DNA from: Octopus sinensis
Taxonomy: Eukaryota
DNA length: 64,000 nucleotides
Assembly: GCF_006345805.1 (NCBI RefSeq)
Contig: NC_043016.1
Span: 7,750,001-7,814,000 of the forward strand
Direction: 5' to 3'
The notes beneath the pieces were generated by a model. It was given only the letters and a program-made list of their open reading frames with translations, was not told the DNA's origin and made no database searches. A program made the translations under genes and the position numbers. The stretch's first letter is position 1. Each line of letters opens with the position of its first letter. Positions 52,371-63,852 of the stretch are shown one piece after another.

Positions 52371-53029
52371 CAATGCGTTTATAGGTTATATGCTTGTGTG
52401 CGTGTGTTTGCATTACTTCGGCGATGTATTGCGATGGAAAAAAATAAAATAAAACACAAGAAACAAAACGTAGCCCGAAAAATAAGAAAAGAAACGATCT
52501 TATTGCAAATTTCTCGTTGCATAGCCAGTCCCTTATTTCAGTCCATCGTAAAAGTAAGGAGCCAGCGATTGGCCTTTAGTAAAATAGTAACCAACGTGCT
52601 ATTGTCCACAATTTCCAATATATTAAAACGATAGGGAGACCAAATAAATAAATAAATAAATAAATAATAAAAGGAAAAATAAGTATTGTGGAATGATTCG
52701 CCTATCGTGCATATTCTTTTTTTCTTTTGTTTTTGTTAGGTTAGACATCAGTACACACCCTGCTGCACTTAACTGTTCTTTTATGAGATTGGGAGGTGGT
52801 GTGACGGCAAAGGGTGTGGGATTGGATGCGAGTGGGGTGGGGTGGGGTGGGGTGGGTTGGGGGAAGCGGAGTGGGTTCGGTGGGACTGTTAGCATCTGTT
52901 GAAGTCATGATAAGGCGAATGCACACTGATTGGATGTGGTGGTGGTGGTGGTCACAATGTGGGTCTATATCTATGGGTGGGAGATAGTTCGGGTGTGCAT
53001 TATACGCGCGGTGTGCGTGTGTGTGTGTG

Positions 53030-53365
53030 CATGTATGTATGTATGTATGTATGTATGTATGTATGTATGTATGTATGTATGTATGTATGCATGTATGTAT
53101 GTATGTATGTATGAATGTATGTGTGTGTATGTGTGTGTATGTGTATGTATGTATGTATGTATGTATGTATGTATGTATGCGTGTATGTATGAATGTATGT
53201 ATGTATGTATGTATGTGTATGTATGTGTGTGTATTTATATATGTATGTGTGTATGTGCGTATGTATATATGTGTATGTATATGTGTATGTGTGTATGTAT
53301 GTATGTATGTATGTATGTATGTATGTATGTTTGTATGTATGTATGTATGTATGTTTGTATATATG
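53030..53365. repeat. (TATG)n microsatellite
   Basis: Direct reading. Confidence 0.95.
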
Positions 53366-53844
53366 TATTCATTTTTTAATTTTTTTTACTATTTTTAGTC
53401 ATTTGAGTGCGGCCATGCTGGAGCACAACCTTAACGGATTTTAGTCGAAGAAATCGACCTCAGAACTAATTCTTAGTAAGCCTAGTACTTATTCTATCGG
53501 AATCGTTTGCTGAACCACTAAGTTACGGAGAAATAAACACACCAGAATCGGTTGTCAGGTATCCAATGGTATGTATTTGAATCGAGTATCCAGTGGCATG
53601 TATTTGAAGAAGACAGTTAAGGGTTTATTAAATACAATACAACATAAATTAATAATTTATTAAAATTATCTCCAACTCTAGATAATGTGTCATAGTTATA
53701 TGTATATTGTACATATATATATATATGTGTGTTTATTTGTGTACGTATGTATACATGTCTATGTGTGTGTATGTGTACGTGTGTGTGTGTGTACTTGTAT
53801 AGTATGTGTGTAATAATGATATAATAATAATAATAATAATAATA

Positions 53845-53917
<73 letters not shown>

Positions 53918-53918
53918 T

Positions 53919-55593
53919 ATGCCCTGATGTAGTACCAGACAGTGGCTCTCATGGTTTCTGATCTTAACTGATTGGAAGTGTTATCATGTACATTGCTTTG
54001 TCTTGGTACAAAATATGGGCTACAGCAAATATTTAGCTCAATACCACAGATTTGCTTGTCAGTTGCTTGACCTTAACCAGTTGAGCATGTCCCTTAGTGG
54101 CTGACGATATGTGCATCTCTGATCACGAGCAGAAGTAGTGGGGGAGCATCATACCATGTGTTGAGAGGGATTCTTTGGGGTTTGAATAATTCACCTCTGG
54201 AAACATGGGTGGTTCTTTCAACATCCTTAAACAACCCTTATTCAGGGACCTTTTGAGCGGGATGGGCTACTCAACCTGAAGAAAATTCTAACTGGGCCCC
54301 ACCTGCAAGGTCATGTGCTGTTTATCTTGATATGAGATCACCATGTCACGCACATATGGTTGTGATGCATGTGCCTGGTGTACCCTTATCAGACGGGTAG
54401 TCATGATGGGTATATTGGGCTTCGTATATTTTACCCCAGTGTCACTTTGATGGCATGCACTGCTCTCTCACTCAATAATAATAATAATAAATGCCCTGAT
54501 GTAGTACCAGACAGTGGCTCTCATGGTTTCTGATCTTAACTGATTGGAAGTGTTATCATGTACATTGCTTTGTCTTGGTATAAAAGATGGGCTACAGCAA
54601 ATATTTAGCTTAATACCACAGATTTGCTTGTCAGTTGTTTGACCTTAACCAGTTGAGCATGTCCCTTAGTGGCTGACGATATGTGCATCTCTGATCACGA
54701 GCAGAAGTAGTCGGGGAGCATCATAGCCATGTGTTGAGAGGGATTCTTTGGGGTTTGAATAATTCACCTCTGGAAATATATGTGTTTCGTTCATCATCCT
54801 TAAACAAATCTTGTTCAGGACCTTTTGAGCGGGATGGGCTACTCAACCTGAAGAAATTCTAACTGGGCCCCACCTGCAAGGTCATGTGCTGTTTATCTTG
54901 ATATGAGATCACCATGTCACGCACATATGGTTGTGATGCATGTGCCTGGTGTACCCTATCAGACGGGTAGTCATGATGGGTATATTGGGCTTCGTATATT
55001 TACCCCAGTGTCACTTTGATGGCATGCACTGCTCTCTCACTCAATAATAATAATAATAAATGCCCTGATGTAGTACCAGACAGTGGCTCTCATGGTTTCT
55101 GATCTTAACTGATTGGAAGTGTATCATGTACATTGCTTTGTCTTGGTATAAAAGATGGGCTACAGCAAATATTTAGCTTAATACCACAGATTTGCTTGTC
55201 AGTTGTTTGACCTTAACCAGTTGAGCATGTCCCTTAGTGGCTGACGATATGTGCATCTCTGATCACGAGCAGAAGTAGTCGGGGAGCATCATAGCCATGT
55301 GTTGAGAGGGATTCTTTGGGGTTTGAATAATTCACCTCTGGAAATATATGTGTTTCGTTCATCATCCTTAAACAAATCTTGTTCAGGGACCTTTTGAGCG
55401 GGATGGGCTACTCAGCTTGAAGAAAATTCTAACTGGGCCCCAACTGCAAGGTCATGTGCTGTTTATCTTGATATGAGATCACCATGTCACGCACATATGG
55501 TTGTGATGCATGTGCCTACTGTACCCTTATCAGACGGGTAGTCATGATGGGTATATTGGGCTTCGTACATATGTCCTCCGGTGTCACTTTGAT
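53919..55593 (+). repeat. Three tandem ~570-bp units joined by (AAT)n linkers
   Basis: Units start ATGCCCTGATGTAGTACC at 53919, 54491, 55060 and end CTGCTCTCTCACTC; long (AAT)n upstream. Confidence 0.92.
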
Positions 55594-55846
55594 TGCACGA
55601 GTCGGGTTTTTACATGGAATGCTGATGAGGTGATTGCTTGGATTGTAATTATCCATCAAATATTATATTTATATATATATATCCTTTCGGAGTAGATGTA
55701 TAAATTAGTATCAGTTGAGCACTGGGGTCGATGTAATCGACTTAGCTTCTCCTGGCTGTGAGTATAAAAATTGCACCTCTCTCTCTCTCTGCCAAGCCAT
55801 TTCGAGCCAGTGTGACAGAGCAGACTCATTAAACCAGTTTGATATC

Positions 55847-56263
55847 TATTTCTTTACTACCCATAAGGGGCTACACACAGAGAGGACAAACAAGGACAGA
55901 CAAACGAATTAAGTCGATTACATCGACCCCAGTGCGTAACTGGTACTTATTTAATCGACCCCGAAAGGATGAAAGGCAAAGTCGACCTCGGCGGAATTTG
56001 AACTCAGAACGTAACGGCAGACGAAATACCTATTTCTTTACTACCCACAAGGGGAGCTAAACACAGAGAGGACAAACAAGGACAGACAAACGGATTAAGT
56101 TAATTATATCGACCCCAGTGCGTAACTGGTACTTAATTTATCGACTCCGAAAGGATGAAAAGCAAAGTCGACCTCGGCGGAATTTGAACTCAGAACGTGA
56201 CGGCAGACGAAATACCGCTAAGCATTTCGCCCGGCCTGCTAACATTTCTGCCAACTCGCCGCC
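55847..56263 (-). mobile_element. SINE family A dimer (full unit 56031-56263 + 5'-shortened unit 55847-56030)
   Basis: Junction GACGAAATACC|TATTTCTTT. Confidence 0.9.
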
Positions 56264-56606
56264 TTTACCGTTATCCTGTTCTACAAACAGCTACATTTCC
56301 TACTAGAATCGCCTAGCACATTCCAGACCTCCTGTTTCCAGAGGACTTGTTTAAGTCCTCCGTCGCCAAAGGACTTGTTTAAAAATTCAAGGTCCAATAT
56401 CCAGTGAGTTTGGAATAAGGCATTATAGTAGCATTAGGGTTTGCATTACTTACTATCATTATTTTTGCTGCGAAGGAACAGCATGGAGTTGCGAGTGAGA
56501 TTTATCAAAAGCAGGATTTTCTCTTCGCTGCATTTTCTCGCAAACAGTCTTAAAGCTATTGTGTTTGGGGAGAGTCATTTTCTTTTTGTGCCTTATTATG
56601 TAACAC

Positions 56607-56720
56607 ACTCACCGGTAAAATTTCCACGTTTTTCTTATTTTTATTGTCCTAAAATTTTCGTTGCGTCTTGCAATCTTTTCAATAGTTTTGACTCCGACCG
56701 CCATATCTTGCGTGTGTGTG
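56607..56720 (-). promoter_or_regulatory. Candidate 5' exon / promoter-proximal region of a minus-strand host gene
   Basis: Non-repetitive sequence; minus AAGATATGGCGG (YY1-like), ATG at 56704, 92 nt open to a CG|GTGAGT donor at 56613/56612. Confidence 0.3.
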
Positions 56721-57129
56721 TGTGTTACCGCTTTATGCTGCGCTCCCCTAAATTTTGTTCTTGGATTCACCCACATAGCCGAAGAACAATGATTCACAGA
56801 AGCCAAAGCATAATCATCAGGGTGGGCCTACTCACTGTACTTCTGCAGCCCTTGCTGTTCCTAGATCTCTTGCCAATTTAACCTTGAACTGCAAAGCACC
56901 CAGTTACCACGTGTGGAAGCGGGGAAGCTTGGCAAGAATCTTGGTGAGGGATAGGCCTGGCTGTCTACTGGCGGAGAAGACTCACTCACCAGATTGCTTT
57001 CCACCTCATCGCATAAGCCAGCTAGTAGCAGCAAGATTAAGCAAAAGTCTTACAAGTACAACACAAGACGCATTTCATCACGAACGCACATGTATGCATA
57101 ACACATATATGGGCATATATTTAAACGTG

Positions 57130-57270
57130 TGTGTGTGTGTGTTTGTACGTAATACATGCACCCATAAACATACACACACACACACACACACACACAGCCA
57201 TGACCATACACTCACAACGCACACGTAAACATATACACACATACACACACAGATAAACACAAAGCCATAA

Positions 57271-57301
<31 letters not shown>

Positions 57302-57332
57302 TAATCACACACAGATAAACACAAAGCCATAA

Positions 57333-57363
<31 letters not shown>

Positions 57364-58400
57364 TAATCACACACAAACACACACATACACCCATATACAC
57401 GTGCACATAAACACACACGCACCCACAAACCCCCACGCAAACACGCACGCACGCACGCACACACACATGCACACACACATAATCACACACAAACACACAC
57501 AAACGCACACATAATCACACACAAACACACACATACACCCATAAACACACATACACAAGAATATGGGTAAGTTAAATACCTTTCTGAATCGGAACTTCTA
57601 CAAAGTTTTTTTTTCTACCGTCAGTTCTCTTTCCCCCACCCCCTACTCCAGTGCCGACACATTTTTCTTATTAAACAGATTCGACTGCACTCGCCGCCGT
57701 CTCTCCCACGACCACCACCACCACTTCCGTTACCACCGCCATCACCATCACCATCGGATCAACAGGTCAATTTATAATTCACTATGTGGCCATCTGTCAT
57801 GCTAGAAATGACAGTTAACTTCCCTCAAGTTTTACGCGAGTGCTCGCATGCATACGCGCAAACACATACACACACGCTACACACACACAAATACACACAC
57901 ACAAATATACACACATGCGCACATACACATACATACACACGCACGCACGCACACACACACGCATACGCAAACACACATACACACATACACACACGCACAC
58001 ACATATACACGCGCTGCACACACACAACACACACACAAATACACACACACAAATATACACACATGCGCACATACACATACATACACACGCACGCACGCAC
58101 ACACACACGCATACGCAAACACACATACACACATACACACACGCACACACATATACACGCGCTGCACACACACAACACACACACAAATACACACACATGC
58201 GCACATACACATACATACACACGCACGCACGCACACACACGCATACGCAAACACACATACACACATATACACGCGCTGCACACACACAACACACACACAA
58301 ATACACACACATGCGCACATACACATACATACACACGCATGCACACACACACACAAACACACACACACGCACACACACAAACATACACTGACACACACAC
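57130..58400. repeat. CA-rich higher-order minisatellites (57130-57560 ~62-bp units; 57850-58400 ~110-150-bp units)
   Basis: Recurring anchors AGATAAACACAAAGCCATAAAC and CGCGCTGCACAC. Confidence 0.85.
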
Positions 58401-58599
58401 ATTACCGTCGTCTTAAAAAAAAAAAGGATTCTTTTTACAAGAATGTGGCTCTGGGTTTTCTGCACAATGGAAGCAAAAAGACAGGATGGTCATGCCTGGA
58501 ATGCTTTTGGCCTTGTGTATACTTGTGGTGTGTGTGCGTGCGTGTGTGTGTACAGTTTATCCCAAAGTTGATTTTGGGATAAACAGCTGCCTCCACTAC

Positions 58600-59725
58600 C
58601 AACGCTAACGACACTACCATCACTATCTCCATACAAACTACTTCCCTCCACCACCATCACCCTGACCACCACCACCACCACCACCACCACCACCACCACC
58701 ACCACGACCCATCATGACCGCCATGACCACCACCACTGCCACCGCCACCACCAGTACCACTACCACCATGTCCTACTTACTATGTCCTACTTACAAACGC
58801 CACCACCACCACCACCACCACCACCACCACCACCACCACTACCACCACCACCAGCACCAGCACCAGCACCGACACCACCACCACTATTTCCTACTTACAA
58901 ACACCGCCAACATCTCCAACGCCACCACCACCACTACTATTTCCTACTTATAAACACCGCCGCCATTTCCCTTGTCTTTTCAGCTATACTATTGCTACTA
59001 CCACCACCACCTGGACCACCATACCATCGCCACCACCAGCACAGTCACCACCACCACCACCATTACTGACACCACCGCCGACCAGCACCACCAAACATCA
59101 ACACCGTCGTCACTTCAGACATCAACACTTCCTATCACCAGTACCACAACACCACCACTGCCACCAGCACCAGCAGCCACCACCACAACCACCATCGCCG
59201 CCAAAACCACCACCACCACCACCACCACAACCACCGCCGCCACCACCGCCGCCACCACCACCACCACCATCACCACCACCACCACCACCACACCACCACA
59301 ACCACGATCACCACCACCACCACAACCACAACCACCATCACCACCACTACTACCACCACAACCACCACCACAACCACCACCACCACCACAACCACGATCA
59401 CCACCACCACCACCACCACCACAACCACCACAACCACGATCACCATCGCCATCATTACCACCAGAACCACCAGAACCACCATCACCACCATCACCACCAT
59501 CACCATCACCACCAGTACTACCAGTACCACAACCACCACCTCTATCACCACCTCCATCACCATGGCCACCGGCACCACCTTTACCATAACAACATCTTCA
59601 TCACTATCATAACACCAACACTACCACATTACTCTCGCAACTACTTCCGACCACCACCACCACCACCACTACAACAACAACAACAACAACAACATCAGCA
59701 ACAGCAACAACAACAACAACAACCA
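58600..59725. repeat. (CAC)n-rich degenerate trinucleotide tract ending in (CAA)n
   Basis: Direct reading. Confidence 0.93.
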
Positions 59726-60099
59726 CCTCCTTCGCCTTATTCTTCCAAGTACTAACTGTATTTATTGTTTACTCTTCAAATCTGTTGTTTATTCGTCTCT
59801 ACGCCATTTTAATACACAACCAGAGACACTCCTAAACCAATCCTTCACTTGCAGAAATATTTCTATCAGAAAAACTCCAATTCATTGGTGCTTTTGCACC
59901 GTTTTTTTTTTTTTTTTGCTCCCTTTCCTTTCTGTTACTGGTTTTAGTTATTGGACTGCGACCATACAGGAGTATAATTTCATTCTAGATGTCACCGCTA
60001 TTTATTTTCTACGGTTTTCGCTTATTTTACCGTACTCTAAATTTACTATTTCGATTAAAGATATCCTATAGTAGACTTTACGACACAAGGTCTGATATT

Positions 60100-60455
60100 T
60101 TCGGGGTGGGGACTAGTCGATTACATCGACCTCAGAGTTTCCGGGTACTTAATTTATCGACCCCGAAAAGTAAAGTCGACCTCGGTGGAATTTGAACTTA
60201 GAACGTAGCGACGGGCGAAATACCTATTTCTTAATTGCCCACAAGGGGTTAAACATACAGGGGACAAACAAGGACAGACATAGGTATTAAGTCGATTACA
60301 TCGACCCCAGTGCGTAACTGGTACTTAATTTATCGACCCCGAAAAGCTGAAAGGCAAAGTCGACTTCGGTAGAATTTGAACTCAGAACGTATCGGCAGAC
60401 GAAATACCACTAAGCATTTCGCCCGGCGTGCTAATGTTTCTGCCAGCTCGCCGCC
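60100..60455 (-). mobile_element. SINE family A full unit (60225-60455) joined to a 5'-shortened A-variant unit
   Basis: Junction GGCGAAATACC|TATTTCTT at 60224/60225. Confidence 0.85.
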
Positions 60456-60715
60456 TTTTTTTTTTTCATATAAGATATGATGCAAATCGATCACAAAAGA
60501 TTTTATTTATAAGGCACATGCATGGCTGGATAGTTAAGAAGATCACGTGGTTTCAGGTTTAATCTTACTGAGTGATACGTTGAGCAAGTATCTTCTACTA
60601 TAAGCTCGGGTGAACCAATGACTAGTGAATGGCCTTCCAAGGTGGTGCCCCAGCACGGCTGCAGTCCAATGACTGACACAAGTAAAAACAAACGATAAAA
60701 GATAACTATAAACAT

Positions 60716-60885
60716 AGGCACAGTTGTGTCTATGCGGTAAGAAGCTTAATTCCCAACCACACAGTTCCGGGTTCAGTCCCACTGCATGGCACCTTGGACA
60801 AGTGTCTTCTTCTGTAGCCTCAGACCAACCAAAGCTTTGTGAGGGGATTTGGTAGAGGGAAACTGAAAGAAGCTTGACGTATATA

Positions 60886-60927
<42 letters not shown>

Positions 60928-61085
60928 TCTGTGGTTTTCCCCGACCCCGCTTGGCAAGCGGTACTAATGTCCTTACATTCCCACAACTTAGCGGTACTTA
61001 TTCTATCGGACACTTTTGCCGAACTGATAAGTTACGGGGGACATAAACACACTATTACCGGTTGTCAAGTGATGGTGGGGAACAC
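60716..61085 (+). mobile_element. SINE family B, internally deleted
   Basis: Similarity to 14887-15291. Confidence 0.8.
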
Positions 61086-61129
61086 ACACATACATACACA
61101 CACACACACACACACATGCAGACATATGT

Positions 61130-62197
61130 CGGACTATTTTCTAGACGGCCGGTCGCTTGACTGTTCAAGAGCAAGCTAAGATAACTTTCTTTATTGGCCA
61201 CACAGGGCTGGACACAGAGGGGACAATTACAAATGTAGAGCTTTTCTTTTCGAAGATGGAAAAGGAAAAAGAAAAAAAAGGAAACAAATGTAAAATTTTG
61301 ACCAAAAGGGATCAGGAAAAAAAAGGCGATCAAAAGGGATCGTGTATCACAGAAAGAAAATTTTTTTTTTCTTTCTGTGATACACGATCCCTTTTGAGCA
61401 AGCTAAGATAGCAGCATGCAATGAAATGTAGAATTCCATTGTTTTGGTTCAGAGATCGTGGCGGGCATAGAAAAGTAAGCATGCGACCGGAGATAATAAA
61501 AAGCTGATGCAAAGCTGATGACCACGATGCAAGAAGAAGTGACCGTCCAACCACGTCCTGATCACTGGAGAACGTGGCAACAGTGCAGAAAATGTTTAAT
61601 CGTAGCTCGCAAAAATCAACAGGCCAAGCAACTCGTGAAAGTGGACTAACAAGACACACAATAGGTACGGTGTTGCATAAAGAACTGAATTTTCGTCTGT
61701 CAAAGCCCCATTATGTGAAGGAGCTAAAATCCGAAGACTGTCACCGCAGAATGGAATATCAAATGGCCTCTAAAATAAAATAGAATATGGCGACGATTTA
61801 CATTGTCAGAAAATGTCTTCGCTCGATGTAAAAGACATGATGTGTTGTAAACTAACGTTGGTCTCTAGCCCTCTCTTTCAACACCTATCTATCTGTCTAT
61901 ATGTGTATGTGTGTATTTGATTATGTGATTCTTACCTGTGGGGATACACAAAAGTGGTGTACTAGACAGAACCCTCGCACACTGGAGGACTTGGAGACAC
62001 GGATTCAGGAAGTTCTGAATGATACCCCAGACGACATCCTTCAGAAGGTTGTTCATTCTATCCCTGGTCGTTTGAGGAAACTGGATGCTGCCACCGGTGC
62101 TTACGTTGAAATAAAGAACATGTATCATTTGCTTCCATAAATTTGAAAAAGGAATATGGATTTTATAACCAATTTTTAATGCCTATTTCACCCACCC

Positions 62198-62201
<4 letters not shown>
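61130..62201 (+). pseudogene. Tc1/mariner-superfamily (DUF4817-type) transposon remnant, interrupted by a Tx1 fragment and lacking most of the DDD domain
   Basis: AGRLTVQEQAKI|AAC...SIVLVQRSWR; FNRSSQKSTGQATRESG...LHKEL; YLWG...PRTLEDLETRIQEV; right end CACCCACCCTATA. Confidence 0.8.
61184..61395 (-). mobile_element. Short Tx1 3'-UTR insertion with 5' foldback and 15-bp TSD
   Basis: TSD GAGCAAGCTAAGATA at 61169-61183 and 61396-61410; 3' end matches Tx1 copies 1 and 2; 29-bp inverted duplication 61332-61360 / 61367-61395. Confidence 0.9.
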
Positions 62202-62229
<28 letters not shown>

Positions 62230-62379
62230 TGTATGTATGTATGTATGTATGTATGTATGTATGTATGTGTGTGTATGTATGTATGTATGTATGTATGTAT
62301 CAATGTATGTATGTATGTATACACACACATTCACACACAAATATTTATATATACACACACACATATGTATGTATGTATG

Positions 62380-62412
<33 letters not shown>

Positions 62413-62470
62413 GTGTATGTGTGTATGTATGTAATCTATGTATGTATGAATGTAAGTGTGTATGTATAAG
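62198..62470. repeat. (TATG)n microsatellite
   Basis: Direct reading. Confidence 0.93.
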
Positions 62471-62516
62471 TGTGTATATGTATATGCAGGTACTACTACT
62501 ACTACTACCACTACCA

Positions 62517-62555
<39 letters not shown>

Positions 62556-62575
62556 ATAATAATAATAATAATAAT

Positions 62576-62788
62576 CCTTTCTACTATAGGTACAAGGCCT
62601 GAAACTTTGGGGGAGGGGATAATCAATTACATTAACCCCAGTGTTTTACTGGTACTTAATCTATCGACCCCGAAAGGAGGAAAGGCAAAGTCGACATCGG
62701 CGTAATTTGAACTCACAACGTAGCGGCAGGCGAAATACTGCTAAGCATTTCACCCGGTGTGCTAACGATCCTGCCGGATCGTCGCCTA
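62576..62788 (-). mobile_element. SINE family A head/core with a third tail type (...CAGGCCTTGTACCTATAGTAGAAAGG + (ATT)n)
   Basis: Head/core as family A; tail unlike the Tx1 tail. Confidence 0.8.
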
Positions 62789-63228
62789 AATAATAATAGT
62801 GAAACAATAACAATAACAACAACAACATTAACAACACCAGCAACAACAACAGCAACAGCTGCTATCAGCAATGCCCATGCAAGGTTTTAAAGTCCAGTGC
62901 GGCTTGTACAATATTACAACGACTCTCACTAGCAATACCAAGAAGCCAAGAGACAAGCAGAGTAAAAGAAATCCAGCGGGTTTTATATACGAGTTAGCCT
63001 TCTCTTAGAGGGATGACTTGACAAAGACAAGGGATCTCTCATTCTCAGTGGACCCACTGTACCCACCCTCAGGTATGCATATACATACATGCGTGCATAC
63101 ACATACACATACACTCACACACATAAATATGAATGCATATATATATATATGTATAAGTGTGTATGTATAAGTGTGTATATGTATATGCAGGTACTATACT
63201 ACTACTACTACTACTATACTACTACTAC

Positions 63229-63267
<39 letters not shown>

Positions 63268-63444
63268 TAATAATAATAATAATGATAATAATAATAATGA
63301 TAATAATAATAATCAGCCGAAATTTGCTATGATGATCCGGTTTCTGACTGAAGATTAAAGGCTTCGAATGACCCGTCTGTTTTCTGTGTTCGTCCCTTTG
63401 TGTATTTCACGTTCTTGTCCCTTTTTATATATAATTTTTATTCC

Positions 63445-63475
<31 letters not shown>

Positions 63476-63544
63476 GTGTGTGTGTGTCTATACACTCACA
63501 CACATATGTATGCATGCATATAAAAGAGGGTAAAAATAGAGGGT

Positions 63545-63852
63545 CAAGAATCTCTTCGGTCATGCATGGCCATGGGTATTGCACCTAGAAAGTTCCCCTC
63601 CAAGGCACAACGTGGGCAAGGTTGTTTATGGAAGACCAGCAGTCACCCTTTGGATAACATCAGTGGCCTCTTCTCTCTCCACCTCTGATGTTATCCAAAG
63701 GAAAGGCAAAGGGGCCGATACAGCTTGGCACCAGTGATGTCACAACTCATTTCTACAGCTGAGTGGACTGGAGCAACGTGAAAATAAAGTGTCTTGCTCA
63801 AGAACACAACACGCAGCCCGGTTCGGGAATCGAACTCACTGCCTCATGATTT
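63545..63852 (-). mobile_element. tRNA-derived CORE-like SINE (family D) with an internal 17-bp-arm hairpin
   Basis: Minus GTGAGTTCGATTCCC...TTGAGCAAGACACTTTATTTTCAC; CCTTTGGATAACATCAG / CTGATGTTATCCAAAGG. Confidence 0.75.

Noticed and set aside
47606-55593. Tandem arrays as CRISPR arrays or satellite DNA
   Set aside because: Units are 570-580 bp without unique spacers, there are no cas genes, the context is eukaryotic, and copy number is only about 3
53919-55593. Ribozyme in the 555-bp element (CTGACGA at ~54101, CTGAAGA at ~54276)
   Set aside because: No stem II-GAAA-stem III-NUH arrangement follows; no HDV-like fold found by eye
62790-63080. Possible exon ending at a CAG|GTATGC donor (63072)
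   Set aside because: All three frames are closed by stops within ~100 codons; no clear acceptor or recognisable peptide
5513-63588. Dozens of low-complexity ORFs (poly-Y/I, CV/MY, HT, poly-P/T/V/L)
   Set aside because: Translations of stop-free microsatellites (TA, TATG, CA, CAC, AAT); no protein signal
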